The position numbers and the translations under genes are program-made. Shown in pieces: positions 13,630 to 26,569 of a stretch of 64,000 bases of DNA. A model generated the notes under the pieces. It was not told the DNA's origin. It worked only from the letters and a program-made list of their open reading frames with translations, and searched no databases. Every line of letters begins with the position of its first letter. The stretch's first letter is position 1. The stretch lies in the NCBI RefSeq assembly GCF_036321535.1, contig NC_087437.1, positions 48,920,001 to 48,984,000 on the forward strand. The letters run 5' to 3'. Source of the stretch: Camelus dromedarius. Taxonomy: Eukaryota.

Positions 13630-14010
13630 TTGTTAATTTATCAAGCACTTAACAATAAATAAGACATAATGCCTGCCTTGAGGAGATTGCAGTGTGATGT
13701 GGGAAGCTACCCAAATAAATAGGCAACTGCTCACACAATGTGGGGGCGAGTGTGGCTTGTTATAGAAATATGAGTGAGGGGGTCCTTACCCCAGTTTTTG
13801 GTGGTGAGACAAGGAAGGATTTCCAGACAGTCTTGCATGTGAACTGAGTCCTTTATGATAAATAGGAGTTTGGCAGGGGCGGGGGTGTGTAGGGGAGGGT
13901 GGGATAGATGATTTGTAGAATCTGGAAAAGGAAAAGATATGTTCATTGCAAGGTCCTAAGGCAAGTGGAGGTATGGAACCTTGAGAGCATTCCAGGTAGT
14001 TCAGGTGGGC
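13630..14010 (-). mobile_element. L2 fragment
   Basis: Purine-rich decayed antisense L2 3' motifs (aaataagacataatgcctgccttgaggag, gaactgagtccttta). Confidence 0.5.
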
Positions 14011-14610
14011 TGGAGCCTTGAGTGAGAGAGTTCCTTTGATCAGCGTGTTTTCTGTCCTCATCACCAAGTCCAGACCTTGTAAGTCTGCGGCTCTTTCTCT
14101 TCCCCATAGAGTGTCTTCTGAACCTGGAGCTTAACAGGGGGTTTTCACTTTCACTGTTGGTTAACAACAAAGTTGACAATAATTATTTTTCCCATATTTT
14201 GAAATTCTTTTGACATCAGGGCCATAGTGTGTGTGACTAGCCTACCTGTCCTTCCCCTGCCTTCTCCCAATTTCCCTAATTCCTTTGTTTCCTCCTTGGC
14301 TTACATCCTCTGTTCTCCTTTCAGATTCTCTTGAAATTTCATCTGATTTGCATTAACAAGTGTTTCTCCAAAGCATTCCCTAGTTCTGCCCACCTTTGCC
14401 TGTAAATTATTTGTTTCTTGTCCAATAATTTATTGAGCATTGCTTTTGTGATATACGCTGGGTAATACACTGAGGAACCAAGGATGAATAAGACCAGTCC
14501 TTGCTCTCTCTGAGTATTTTATTAGCTATATTGAAGTGCTTGTTACAACCTTGTTACAGCTTGTTACAGCCTGCCTTGTATTAGAGAGCAACCTAGATTA
14601 GTCTGAGAAC

Positions 14611-14827
14611 TTTTTTTTAAATTGAGTTACAGTCAGTTTACAATGTTGTGTCAATTTCTGGTGTACAGCACAATTTTTCAATCATACATGAATATAAATA
14701 TATTCATTTTCATTTCTTTTTCATTATGAGCTACTACAAAATGTTGAATATATTTCCCTGTGCTATACAGTATAAACTTGTTTATTCTGTATATACCTGT
14801 CAGCATCTACAAATCTTGAACTCCCAA
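14611..14827 (-). mobile_element. Short 5'-truncated young L1 (3'UTR only)
   Basis: Poly-T followed by the 3'UTR also seen at 31.45 kb and 59.03 kb (tacaatgttgtgtcaa...gcacaattttt); flanking gagaac at 14605-14610 and 14828-14833. Confidence 0.85.
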
Positions 14828-14968
14828 GAGAACATTTTGATTTGTGTGGGTTGTCTTCAGATAGAACACAGTGCCTGGAACACACAAATGTGTATTGTCC
14901 AGCCATTTCAATTAGAGGGGAGGTTTGAGAGAGAGGGAGGGATGGAGAGGGGGAAGGGGAGGGGGAGA

Positions 14969-14969
<1 letters not shown>

Positions 14970-15001
<32 letters not shown>
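14970..15001. repeat. (GA)n microsatellite at the end of a purine tract
   Basis: Directly visible GA dinucleotide run. Confidence 0.95.
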
Positions 15002-15002
<1 letters not shown>

Positions 15003-15245
15003 CACTTATTGAACATTAACTCTGTGTCAGGTACTTGCATAAGTGCTTTACAGCTGTTATCTCATTTAACTTTTCAAAACACCATGGAGCAAGAATGATT
15101 AGTTTCTCCGTTTCACATGATAGGAAACTGAGAACCAGAGTCCTTAGATAACTTGCTGCAGGTCAGAGTGCTAAGAAGTGGCAGAGCCAGGATTCATCCT
15201 CATAGGGTCTGGTTGCAGGGCTCTTGCTTTTGGTCACTGTGCTAG
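15003..15245 (-). mobile_element. MIR SINE
   Basis: Antisense MIR core (ggaaactgag...ataacttgc...ggtcagag...agtggcagagccaggatt). Confidence 0.8.
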
Positions 15246-17619
15246 ACTTATTTTCTTCTCAGTCATCATTCCAGTGAAAGGTCACACAATCAACAGTACA
15301 ACTGCTGTCTACTTGTAATTTTGCTTTACTCATTTTGATGTACCTGAGGTTCAGTGGCCTATATTTGTATGGTTCTACTAAATGTGAGTCCACAGCTAGG
15401 TTGTAGCACCTGGCAGGGAGCTTGAGACAGCAGGTACCATCTACATTTATCTAGTTCTACATAATGCTTATAGACAGATGTCTAAATTTGTGTAAGCCTG
15501 TACATGCCATGTGATGACGATGATGATGCTGATTTATGCTGCTTACCAGATGGGTCCCCAAGGCTGCTTGGAAACTGGCATAAAATCAAAGACAACTTGC
15601 AGATAGCTGTGACGGGACAGTCGATCTTCAGGGCTCTGTTTGAGCAAACATTTGGTGTGGTTTAGACCATCTTCACAAACTGGCCCACTGAAGTCTCCCT
15701 GCAGCAGTGGACAGTGACGCACATGCCTGCAATCTGGTGAATGGAGTGTGGGATGATTGAGGTATGCCATGCCTTGACGTCTCCAGGTTTTATCTTAAAA
15801 TTAAGTGGTTATTTTAATAATGTAATAATAATAAACAATAATCTAATAATAATTAAACAATCTATTCGTGCTTATTTAAAAATGACTAAGTGTTCGAGCA
15901 TTTACCATCAAATGAAATGGGCACTACCGGAGGTGTGGTGTTATTTTCTGCAACCCTGAGGTCTCTCTGGCACACCCTGTTGCCAGATTTCACTTGGAAG
16001 AGCCCAGACTAAATAAAACTGATGTGGTTTAGAACATTTGAAGGCTACTTAAAACAGTTATTGTCATACCAAATCAGGGAGGAGAGGATTCATAAGGTGG
16101 TCTTCGCCAGTCTGCGGTGTGGGGCTGACCCTTCCTAACGGCTGCTGTCAGTCATGGCCATGGGATGTCCCTGTGTGTGAATATAGATGTGAGCTCTCCT
16201 ATGAGCACTGTGGACAAATGCAGTGCTACTGAGGTGATCAGTGGTGTCTCCCTGCCCCTGGGACTCTTGAGTTATTGTGACTTGAACTCCAGTCCACAGT
16301 GGTTCCCATAATTTCTTTACATTTCTACAGGCTTCTTTTCTTGAGATTTCCTCTAGTTTAGCATTTTGCATCTGCAGATGTATTCTGTTTTGTTTTTGTC
16401 CACCAGGATATAAAATTCAGTATCTCCTCTAGTTTACTGCCCCAATTCCACTGACACTAAGCATTTCCTGAGTTTGTAATGATTGAATATCTGAGGACAT
16501 TAGTCTCCCAGCAATTTCACTAGCTTTCTCACTTCCCTCCCTGCCCTGACTTTCTTTTTTTTCACCCTTTCCCTCTAAAAAGCAAATAAATTGCTCTGTC
16601 TGTCTGATGCCATGTAGTTTCGCTCTCTCCTCTGACTCCTTGGCCTCAGGTGATATTCCTGCCCTGCAGCACTTGGCTACCGCAAGTGGGGCTACTAAAG
16701 CATTTTCCCAACAAAGGCAGTTCTCTCACTAAGAGGAATTCTCATGCCAGCTGCCAAGAGAATAAAATGTCCTTCATCTAATAAAATAACAATGGTTGTG
16801 AGTGATTTATTTTCTTTTAAAAAATAAATGAGAACAGACTGAAGGTTATCTCAGTAATAATAGCACTCTCTCTCTCCCTTGCATTCCAATATGCCGTCTT
16901 GAATGGGAGAGAAGGGCATGAAGTTATACAGCTGGCTCAAAGGGAATTGAGTGTAGGGGTGCTGTCTGTGTATTGCAGGGCACAAAAGAGCTTCTCTACT
17001 TTGCCTGATTCCTGAAGAGTCATTATCTAGCATCAGCTTCTACATCCCCAGAGTTGGATTTCCAACTTCCTAGACTAGCACATAGTTCTTTGGGCAATGC
17101 TGACAGTTTAGAAAATTATTTTTTGTATTGAACTGATGTCAGCCTTCTGGAGCTTCCATCTTTATATTCTAACCCTATATGCATGAATTCAAACCTGACT
17201 AATTTGGTTTGAGTTACTTTAGTCCAGTATTATATATTCTCCATCCTAAAAGAAATGTCTGAGAAACCACTTTCCTGCTCAAATTGTCTTGGTGGCTCCT
17301 ATAACCGAGAGAATAAAATCTTACTTCCTTAGGAGAGCAGTCAGTGCCTTGGTTAGCTTGATCAAACATCCCTTTCCATCTTAACCTTCTGCTTTCCCCT
17401 TGTCTTATGTCTCCTGCTATCTGAACTCCTCTAATTCCCCAAGTAGATATGTCACTTTATTTGGTTTTGTTCTGCTTTGCCACCATTATAAAAAGCTTTC
17501 CATCTCCACTCATCAGCATTTTATTTATTTTCCAGTGATGCTTTTACCGTGAAGTCTTCCTTGATTTCTTCATTGAAATGAGTTCTGCTCTCTGAGCTCC
17601 TAATTGTTACTATAGACCT

Positions 17620-17958
17620 TTGCTGTCCAGTACAATAACCACTAGCCACATGTGATTCTTGAGCACTTGAAAGGTGGCTAGTCCACATTTTTTTGATATG
17701 TGGCTAGTTCAAGTTGAGATGTGCTATTAAATATAAATGACATACTGGATTCAAAGACTTATTAGTACCAAGAAGAGGGTTATAAATATTTCATTAGTAA
17801 TTTTTTACATTGATTCTATGTTGAAATGATAAGATTTTGGTTATGTTGTTTTTATAAAACATGTAATGAATTTCACTAAGAAAAACTTTCAGTGTGGCTA
17901 CTGGAAAATTTAAGATAAAATATGTGGCTCACATGATAATTCTATTGGACATCCCTGC
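17620..17958. mobile_element. hAT-Charlie MITE (MER33/MER3-like)
   Basis: Inverted termini gctgtccagta...tattggacatc and repeated tagccacat/atgtggcta motifs. Confidence 0.75.
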
Positions 17959-18159
17959 TTTAGACCATTATATGTGATCCAATGCTAAACTCCTTGCATT
18001 ATCACTCTGACTGAATTTCAGTCATTGCTGCTAGAGTTTAAGTTCCCTGAGCTCAGAAATTTGTAACCTATTCCTTACTACTCCCTACTTTCATTCAGTG
18101 TATGTGTAATAATATGCTAATGAAATAAAATAGAAAACGTTTTCTCAGAAGAGGTAAAG

Positions 18160-18625
18160 AAACTTAAATGCCTACAGAAACCAGGCAGATAGCATAATTA
18201 TGTGAAGTATGCTGGGAATAATAATGATCTTGGTGTCAGGGACACAATAGGATTCGGGATTTGGTTATCAGCTGAATTATTATCATTGTAGGAATGTAGG
18301 CCCGGTGTTACAGGCCAAAGTTTCCAATCTTTCAAGAGAAACTAGGTATTTGGACTGTCTGGACTTTTATATGAATTTAAGTGATTCCTGTATGTTGGCT
18401 TAATTCTTTTTTCTGAAGGGAAGGTAATTAGGTTTCTTCATTGATTTCTGCTTAGAGGAGGTACTGGGGACTGAACCCGGAATCTCTTGCATGTTGAGCA
18501 TGTGCTCTACCACTTGAGCTATATACCCTTCCTCCTGTTGGCTTAATTCTTAAAATCTTTGTGTGGGCAAACCAAAACAGGTTGGTGGCCTGAATACAGC
18601 CTGAAAGTTGCCAGTTGTGCTTCTT
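18160..18625. mobile_element. Old hAT-type DNA transposon relic interrupted by a SINE
   Basis: aaatgcctacag...ccaggcag start and ggcctgaatacagcc...gccagttg end resemble Charlie-family MITEs. Confidence 0.4.
18409..18535 (-). mobile_element. tRNA-derived SINE (camelid vic-1-like) with perfect 16-bp TSD
   Basis: Antisense tRNA-like head with A/B boxes (tatagctcaagtggtagagc; gggttcagtccc); TSD tgttggcttaattctt at 18393-18408 and 18536-18551. Confidence 0.9.
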
Positions 18626-18679
18626 ATCTAGAGGGTAAAATGAAATTCACCTGTAGTGCCACATTAGAGAGGAGTAAAA

Positions 18680-18811
18680 CAGGATTCATTATTGTATCTT
18701 TGATCAAGAGGGGACTGGAATTTGCAGATTATTCAGAAGACCATTCAGGATTCATTATTGTATCTTTGATCAAGAGGGGACTGGAATTTGCAGATTATTC
18801 AGAAGACTATT
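18680..18811. repeat. Tandem duplication, 2 x 66 bp, one mismatch
   Basis: 18680-18745 and 18746-18811 are identical except c/t at 18742/18808. Confidence 0.97.
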
Positions 18812-20569
18812 GGTAGATGGTATTTCCAAACATTCCCAAACACTTTAAGATAAAAAATATGCCCCTCTGCAGAATTTCTCAAGATTTAGGCCCTTAAGGG
18901 GAAAAAAAGGGGAGTTGTAAGTTTATTGACCCAAGAGTAAAACTGTCAATTTAATGCAAAAGAGAATAACATCTCTCATTCTTAAGTCTTTACTTGTTTA
19001 GGGTTCAAGAAATGGTCAAAGAAACTATCACTTTCTGATTTTCAGGACTCATGTGACTTGTGAATACAGAGGAAATCTTGTGGTTGAATTCTTTAGCATA
19101 CATTAAGTGACAAGGTGAGAATGGACTGAATTGTAGTCAGAATAATGTTGTTTTTAAGTGACAGGGTGCTGCTTATAAGGTAGATTAGCAGTAACCTTGC
19201 TTTGGTTTTCATTTCTCTGAAATCCAAAATCAATAGACCAAGGAATGCAAAAGAACTCTGGCTTAGGATTGTATTGTCTGTTGAACGGATTCTTATTAGT
19301 TATTTACTTTTTTGGGGGTCATTTTATAAAGCACAGTAACTTGCAGTCATAACAATATCAGAATTAGCTTGCCAAAGGGATCATTATTCTACTGAGTAGG
19401 AAAACAGGTGAAGATCTGTATAACTGCACTTCAATTTCAATTTTGTTATTTTACGTGTAAACTGAGCACCTGAAATCAAAGATTCTATTTACAATGTTGT
19501 CTTTGAAAGTCATCCATCATGTATAAATGAGTACCTGAGAGTTTAAGAAATTTCATAAGCGAATAAAAATAAGGAGCATATTGTAAGATATGAAATCAAT
19601 GAATCAAGATAATAATGTTCCCTTTACTTAGGCAAATTATGCTGGGTATTAAAAGCTGAGAATAGTTCGTATAGAAATCTGAAATATATTTATGTTGTTA
19701 GTCAAGTAAGTATCAATGACTTGTAAATTCATTCTGATTTATGGTTTGCCTTTGAGTAAGTCCCAAAGCCTTTCTGTTTCTCAGTTTCCCCATTTCCAAA
19801 GTAATTATAATAATCCCATTTATTTCTTAAGCATAATGATATACTAATACAAAAGATGGTGCTACTTCTGGGCAAGTGTCCTAAGATCTGGGCAGATATA
19901 TGTGGTTGTTATTTTCACAGTATATTGATATAGCATATTTCATGGGAACAGCCTGGATTGCTTCATAGCATCTCATTGTTTACAGAATCAACAAGCAGCT
20001 GTTATATTATTATTTAGTTCCACAAACTTGTTATGAAGAATAGAATAACCATACAAGTTAAGATCATCATATGTCAACTATGTATTTGCATAAATGACAT
20101 AATAATAGCATTAATGGAGCTCTCTTAATTGGAAAAAACATCCAGAATTCCAAACAACAAAAAACTGCCATTTTTCATACTCCCAGTCCTAGTCCAAATA
20201 CATTTGACTGTTTCACATAATTATAATCATAATATAAATAAAATTTAGTTTTGTCTTTTGTGACAAAATACTCTATTTTCCCATATTTCTTATTGGTTTT
20301 CAACACTACCATTTTATATGGCTGTGTAATTATCTGCTAATTACAGATGTCATAATTTACTTAACCATTTTTCTATTGCTGATGATCTGGCTTTATCAGC
20401 TTTCTAAAGTAAATATTCGCGAAAGGAATAATGAAAAGTTAAAAGCACTCCACCTTAACTGATGGGCAGTAGGATGATGATGAGGGAAGGCTGCAAGATG
20501 TCTGTTACCTCTCTAAGACTAGGATCACCTGCACAGTCCAGTGGTCTTGTACATTAGAGTGTAGCTGAG

Positions 20570-20820
20570 GGCACTGGTGAAGATCCGGATTTGGGAGACT
20601 TTTGCAAATAGATGGTCATTCAAGCATGGGACTCTGATGAGGTGAGCCAGGTTTAGTATGTGTAGTTCAAAGAGTGACTGAGGACAGGACTCTAAAGGAC
20701 AGTTACATTTAAAGGACAAACAGAGGGAACAAAATGCAAAGGAGACTAAGAAGGAATAGTTGAAAAGAAACAGAAATGTCACAGAAACCAAGAGAAACTG
20801 AGGCTAGCAGTAGTGTTAGG
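20570..20820 (-). mobile_element. L2 fragment
   Basis: atttgggagac...atagatggtcattcaagcatggg...gcaaaggagactaagaaggaatag antisense L2 motifs. Confidence 0.65.
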
Positions 20821-21029
20821 ACTTGCACAGTGGCAGAGTGAACTATGGATCTAAGGCTGTTGATTTCTGCTCTAGGCTTAGTTCCACCATCCCGTGGGTA
20901 GGTATAATGATCTCCTTTAACACTTTGTGTTTTCTGCCTGACTCTAGTCAATGACAGGATGTCTCCACGTACCAATAAGATATCACCTCACATTTGTCTG
21001 TCTGGTACATTCTGTTAGGAATACTGGGT

Positions 21030-21470
21030 CAGTGATTGTGCATGTATCTTTTTCTTTTTTTTCTAAGAAAACTGGGTTGTTTCAAACATGGGTTATTTCT
21101 AATGGAAAGGGAAGGATGGATTTAGGAGGTGAATCCAAGAGCCTAGAAGGTGGAACCAAGGAAGGAAAATAGTGGATAATGGAACAACTTCCAGACTGTA
21201 GAGCCGGTGTAATCAAAGAAAATTCCCTGCCCTCAGAGCAAGAGTACCTGAAAACATGTGTTTGGTTGGATTTCAGTTAGACCAGTAATTGCTGTGTGCC
21301 TTCTGTCATGACACCCCAATATTCTATTGATTAAAGCAAGGCATGAAACCAACCCAGATTAAAAGGGGACGGAAATAGACTTCACCTCTTGATGAAAGAA
21401 AAGGTCACAGTGCAAAGGAGTGTGGGCACAAGGAGCCCTGATTCATTTGAAGGCTCTTAATGTAGTGATC
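21030..21470. mobile_element. ERVL-MaLR (MLT1) internal and LTR fragments
   Basis: ggatttcag...ccagtaattgctgtgtgcctt (MLT-int-like) and attctattgattaaagcaag...cccagatt...acttcacctcttgatg (MLT1J/K-like). Confidence 0.5.
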
Positions 21471-21889
21471 TCTCCTTTCTCTTTCTCTCATATTTATATA
21501 ATGTAGAATTATTTTTATTTTAAGTAATACATATATGTAGTTAAAAATCAAATGGTGATACTAATGTTCTTACAACAGAAGACTATGGCTTTCTCTTTCC
21601 TCATCTCTCTTTACAGGATCACTGGCCAGGGCCAGTCACTTTAAATGCTTGAAGTATTTCTTAAATTTTCTTATATTTCAGTCTCTTGATTTATAAATTA
21701 GGCAGTCTACTTATTTTCTGCTTGATAGTTGGGAGTTTGCGCCTTCACTCCCTGTATAATTATGCCACATTTTTCTTAAGTCAGCAGTTAGAGTTTATAA
21801 TATTAAGACCATATGAATATGGTTCACTGCTAAGCCAAGTAGTATACTCTAATTCTTCTCTCATTCAAATTTTAGTTTTTATTCTAGTT

Positions 21890-22100
21890 TAGGGACCAGC
21901 AAAGTAGGCCAAATCCAGTCTGCCAGCCTTTTTTTAAAATAAAATTTTATTTTCGCATAGCCATACTCACTTATGTACATGCCTTCTGCAGCAGCTGTTG
22001 TGGTGTAACAGTAGAACTGAGCAGTTGTGGCAGAGTACATGGTCTGCGGAGCTTAAAACACTTACTCTCTGGCCCTGTATAAAAAAATTTACTGACAGTT
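21890..22100. mobile_element. hAT-Charlie MITE (MER58-like)
   Basis: ggccaaatccag...aataaaattttatt...agccatactcactta...tctggccctgtataaaaaaaattt. Confidence 0.75.
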
Positions 22101-22104
22101 ACTT

Positions 22105-24560
22105 GAGTTAATTATTCTCACTTTTTTATGTGCTTAGTTTATATAAAATATTTCAGTTAAATTATTTTCTAATTTCCCTTGAAATTTATTTAACCCATGA
22201 TTTATTTGTCTGAGGGTGTCCTTAACTACCCAACATTTGGGGATTTTCTAGTAGTTTTTTTGGTAGTTGACTTTTTTTGCTTCATTTCAGTATGGCCAAG
22301 AGAACATAATTATATGATTTCTCTTCTTAAAAGTGTATTGAGATGGCTTTATGGAATGGTATGTCTGCCACAGTTTGCTTTCCTCTCTTTTCTTGCCTTT
22401 ATTTAGAGTCATCAAGTGTCTTTTTATTATTGCATTCTTCCTCGTAATTACTTCTTAGTTATAAATATTTTGCTATTTTCCTCCTGGTTACTCTAGACAT
22501 GAACACATTTGATGTCAATTATGGTTTTTATCACTACTATGATACTATAACCCCATTCATTCTAATTCTACCTTTTCTGTTACTGTTTTCATGTATTTTT
22601 ATTCTCCACATATTTTGGGCCCCATAAGACAGTGTTACTTTGTTTCCTACAGTCAGTATGTTAAAATTTCCCACATTTTCCTGTTGTTCCTTAGTTCTCT
22701 TTGCATTTCTGTGTTTCTGAAGATACAGTATTTCTTTTTCCTGGAGAACTCCATTTAGTGATTCTTTTGGTATGGGCCTTCCTTCTCCTGATGAACTGTG
22801 TCATTTTTGTCTGTCTGGAAATGCCTTATTTCACCTTCATTTTGAAGGAAATTTGTGCTGGGTGTGAATTCTAGGCTGATGCTTAGTTAGCTATTTTCTC
22901 ATAGTTATAAAGGCCAGAAGTCCAAGATCAAGGTGCACCAGGGTTGGTTTCTGGTGAAGAAATTTCTTCCTGGTTTGCAGATTGTTGCCTTTCTTCTGTG
23001 TCCTTATGTGGCATTATTTATGTGTGCATGTGTGGAAAGAGAAAATTCTCTGGTGTCTCTTCTTTTGCTTATTTGGACACTAGTCCTATTAGATTAGGGC
23101 CCCACCCTTACAACTTCTTTAATCTTAATTACCTCCATAAAGACCTTTTCTCCAAATACAGTCACAATGGGGTTTAGGACTTCAACATATGATTTTTTTT
23201 TTTTTTTTTTTTGCGGTACCAGGGACACAATTTAGTCCATAACAGTTGGCAGTTTTTTTCTTTCAACACTTAACAGTGGTCATTCTGTTGTCTTGTGACT
23301 TCCATTGTTTATGCAGGAAAGACTGTTGTCAGTTTTACTGTTGCTTCTTTGAAGATAATGTCTGTTTTCACTTGCTGAAATAAAAATAAGATTTTCTCTT
23401 TGTTTTTTAATTGCAGAGGTTTACTATGATGTTCCCAGGTGTGCTATTCTTTGTATTTTTTCCTACTTGGAAATCATAGTTGACATCTTTAAGTTTTAGA
23501 AAATTCTTGATTGTAATCTTTTTGTACACGACTTCTTCCCCATTCTCTTTCTCTCCTCTCTGGTATTCCAGTTACAGATATAGTAGATGTTGTCACCATA
23601 TGTATGTATCTTAAGGCCTTTTCTGTATTTTCCATTTTCTTCTTAGTCTGGATATTTTTACTAACTTATTTCTCAGATCACAAATCTTCTCTTTAGCTAT
23701 ATCTAATCTTTTAATAAACCCATTCATGTCATTAGCAATTTTATTTCTTTTATTATTAAATTCTATAAATTACATTTGATTATTTGACACAGATATCAGT
23801 TCTCTAGTAAAATTTTCCATTTTGGCATTTGTTTTCCCAAACATATTAACCACAATTTTTTAAAAAGTCTGTGTCTGATAATTTTAATACCTGGATTATT
23901 TGTGGGTCTGTTTCTATTACGTATTTTAAAATTTTGATTTTTACTCTTGGTATTTAAAAACGTAGTTTCTGGATGATTTCCAGAGGGGATTTTCTTCAGC
24001 TTCTGGCAGATATTCAGAGTGGGAACAGATCACTTTGACTGTACTAGTATTAATATGTTAATTAGGATTATTAAGTTTGGGTTTCAGCCTCTGTAATGTC
24101 AGGTTATTTCTACTTCATCCTTAAGCTGAAGGTGGCATTATATAGGAGTCCCAGCTGAATATCTAGGATCCTTACCAAGGTTCTTTATCTTAGGTAAACC
24201 ATGAACTCAGGTTTTTATTTCCCCAGTCCTGTGAGATTACTTAAAACTCTTCTTAACTTCTCAGCTTCTTTGAAATCATATTCTTTTCTGCTTGTCTGCC
24301 TCTTGACTTGTGCGATTTATTAATTTGTGAATTCCTTGGGAAGAAAAATGACTTAAATTATTGGGCTCACTTTTTTGAGCGTCCCTTCTCTCTGAGACCT
24401 CATTCCCTTAAGTTCTGACTGCCTTTGTAGTTTTGAACTCCTCATTTATGACTCCCCGGCTCCTTGAGCCTGCAGAAACCTCTGCTCACCCTCACTTTTT
24501 TCTCCCACTTAGTTGCTATTTTCTGCTAGATTTCTCAGCTTCTTTGTCTATGTTGCCCAC
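22105..24560 (-). mobile_element. Ancient L1M (ORF1/5' region) fragments, interrupted by an MLT1 LTR
   Basis: T-rich antisense L1 ORF1 motifs (tgtctggaaatgccttatttcaccttcattttgaagga, ctctctggtattccagttaca); sequence continues across 22880-23243. Confidence 0.65.
22880..23243 (-). mobile_element. MLT1A/B-like solo LTR
   Basis: agaagtccaagatcaaggtg...aatacagtcaca...ggacttcaacatatga...tccataaca terminus. Confidence 0.8.
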
Positions 24561-26215
24561 AAATGCTGGTAGAAGGCATGCAAGTCCTGGGTCGAAGACA
24601 AAGAATGGTTTATTACTTACAGAAATAGCAACAAATAGAATATCATCATTTTCTTGTGCCAGTTCCCCAAGCCCCAGTTCCCACAGGGCGATATGACCAG
24701 TAGTCAGCTTACACCATCACGCATAGTGGGTTGCATTATAGTAGAGGAATCCTGAGCTTAGAGAATCCAGTCTTTACAAATTTGTCTATTGCCCCAAGGG
24801 AGATATAATCTTTATAATAATGAAGGCTAAATGACTTTCTTCTTAAGTTTCTGTATTGTCCTTTCTCCCTTAGCCTTAATTCAGCTTTAGCAGGTTGTAT
24901 TAATGATTGCACAAACTCCACCTAGGGCGGCAAGGAGAAAGTCTAGGACAGTTTTATCACCCATAATAAGTTTGGCCAGTGAATTGAAGCTGATCTTAAT
25001 TCACAGTCAAGATTTTATCATTGATCATTGGAGCTAAAGCCAAGAATAGAGTTTTAACTGGGTGACTCCCATTTTTGGAAAAACTGCTTGTAGAGTGAAT
25101 ATAAATAATGAGCCAGTTATCCCTTTGGAAGCTCCTCAGAGCACCAAAGGAAGTCTTATTTGGGAGAGATCTCTTTAGTCATCTGGGGGCTACATGGTCT
25201 ATTGTGGTATTTCTTTAAATGCTTTAAAGTCTTGCACCTTTAGGAGCAAGTCCCTGTGTGAAAGACAAGTTAATGTTTGGCTTCCACACAAGAAGTTGCG
25301 TTTGGAAAACAGTCCTGGGGAACACAGAGTACTCCTGGAAAAAAAAATTGTTGTTTATAGTTGTTATTTCAGGTGGCAGAGGAGGGATAAACTTCTCCCC
25401 CAGAGGGATAGCTAGCACTTTTTCATGTAGGGCTGAGATGTAGCTTAGGGTAAGCCAGAATTCACTTGAATATACCATTTCCATTTGACATGTAAGGCTT
25501 GTTTGGCCTTTTGCACCGTGTGAGTCATTAAGTCTGAGTTGACCCAACCTCAAAATGAGAGTATCAGGCCAGAGAGTGAGAAAGCCTCCATGGCTCAGAA
25601 GTTCAATTTTGATAAAATCCTAATGGAAAGCTAATAGTTGCTTTTTGGAAGGAATATACCTGGTATCTGTGTTAGGGAAGCAAGGAGTCCCAAACCCCAG
25701 GGGCATCTGTGGGTGCAGGCTACCTCCCTTTGATGGAGGTTCCAATAGGCAAAATCATTAGTCACAGATCCTTGTGGCTCAATAGGTTTATTAGGGTGGA
25801 AGAGCTCCAAAGGTAGAGAGTGCGGCACAATGTTTTTATTCCTTAGTCTCAGCTTCTAGGTTGGATGGAGTGACAGAGTAAGGATATTTTCCATCTTCTA
25901 GAAGCCTCAGGCCAAATACTAAGGTACAGAGGGCCCAGACCAAAATGAAACCCTAGGAAAGGGCATGATGCTGGAAGCTTATGCCACTTCTGGCGTAGGT
26001 CTTAAGTTAAATATACGAAATAAATCATTGAGTTTAATTCAAGTCCAGGCTTTCAGGGTTGAAGAAAATGTGTGCATTTGGGCTCAAAGCTCCAGCCAGG
26101 AAGAGATAAAATGGTGTCATTTGCCTGGAGTGCCTGCTGTGCCTCACTTTCCTGGAGGGGCTAGAGTGAGACTTGTTCAGAGTGTGACTTTATGCAATAA
26201 TTTTTAATTGTAAGA

Positions 26216-26267
26216 ATATCTTTGATATATATATATATATCAAAGATATATATATATATATATATAT
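26216..26267. repeat. Perfect 34-bp palindrome around (AT)8, followed by a second (AT)n run
   Basis: atatctttg-(at)8-caaagatat at 26216-26249. Confidence 0.95.
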
Positions 26268-26569
26268 CCAGCAGAGAAAGAATATTCTACAGATTGCATA
26301 TTAGAAATGCATTAGAGAGCCTCTCACTTATGTTAGACTTTCTGATTTGTATTAAATAGTATTACAGTCATAAAAGTGCTTTCATCCCTTTTCCTTTGAA
26401 TTACTCAAAAGTGTACTGCTGTATGATTTAAATGAACTTCAAAAAACATTTTGGGATTGCCAGCCTTTTCCCCTAGCCAAATAAGTAACATGTAAGGCTT
26501 GTTTGTCCTTTTCTGGACAAGCAATGTTATTGACATACTATTTCCCATGTCACTCATGTTAGAGCGGAT

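Noticed and set aside
18455..18535. tRNA-like sequence (also 55450-55525)
   Set aside because: It is the head of a SINE with an A-rich tail and TSD, not a tRNA gene.
18559..18816. ORF with a 22-aa repeat, or a CRISPR-like repeat
   Set aside because: Fully explained by the 66-bp tandem duplication; only two units and no spacers.
19046..19114. AG...AAG|gtgaga exon-like stretch
   Set aside because: Stops in all frames, a modest pyrimidine tract and no other support.
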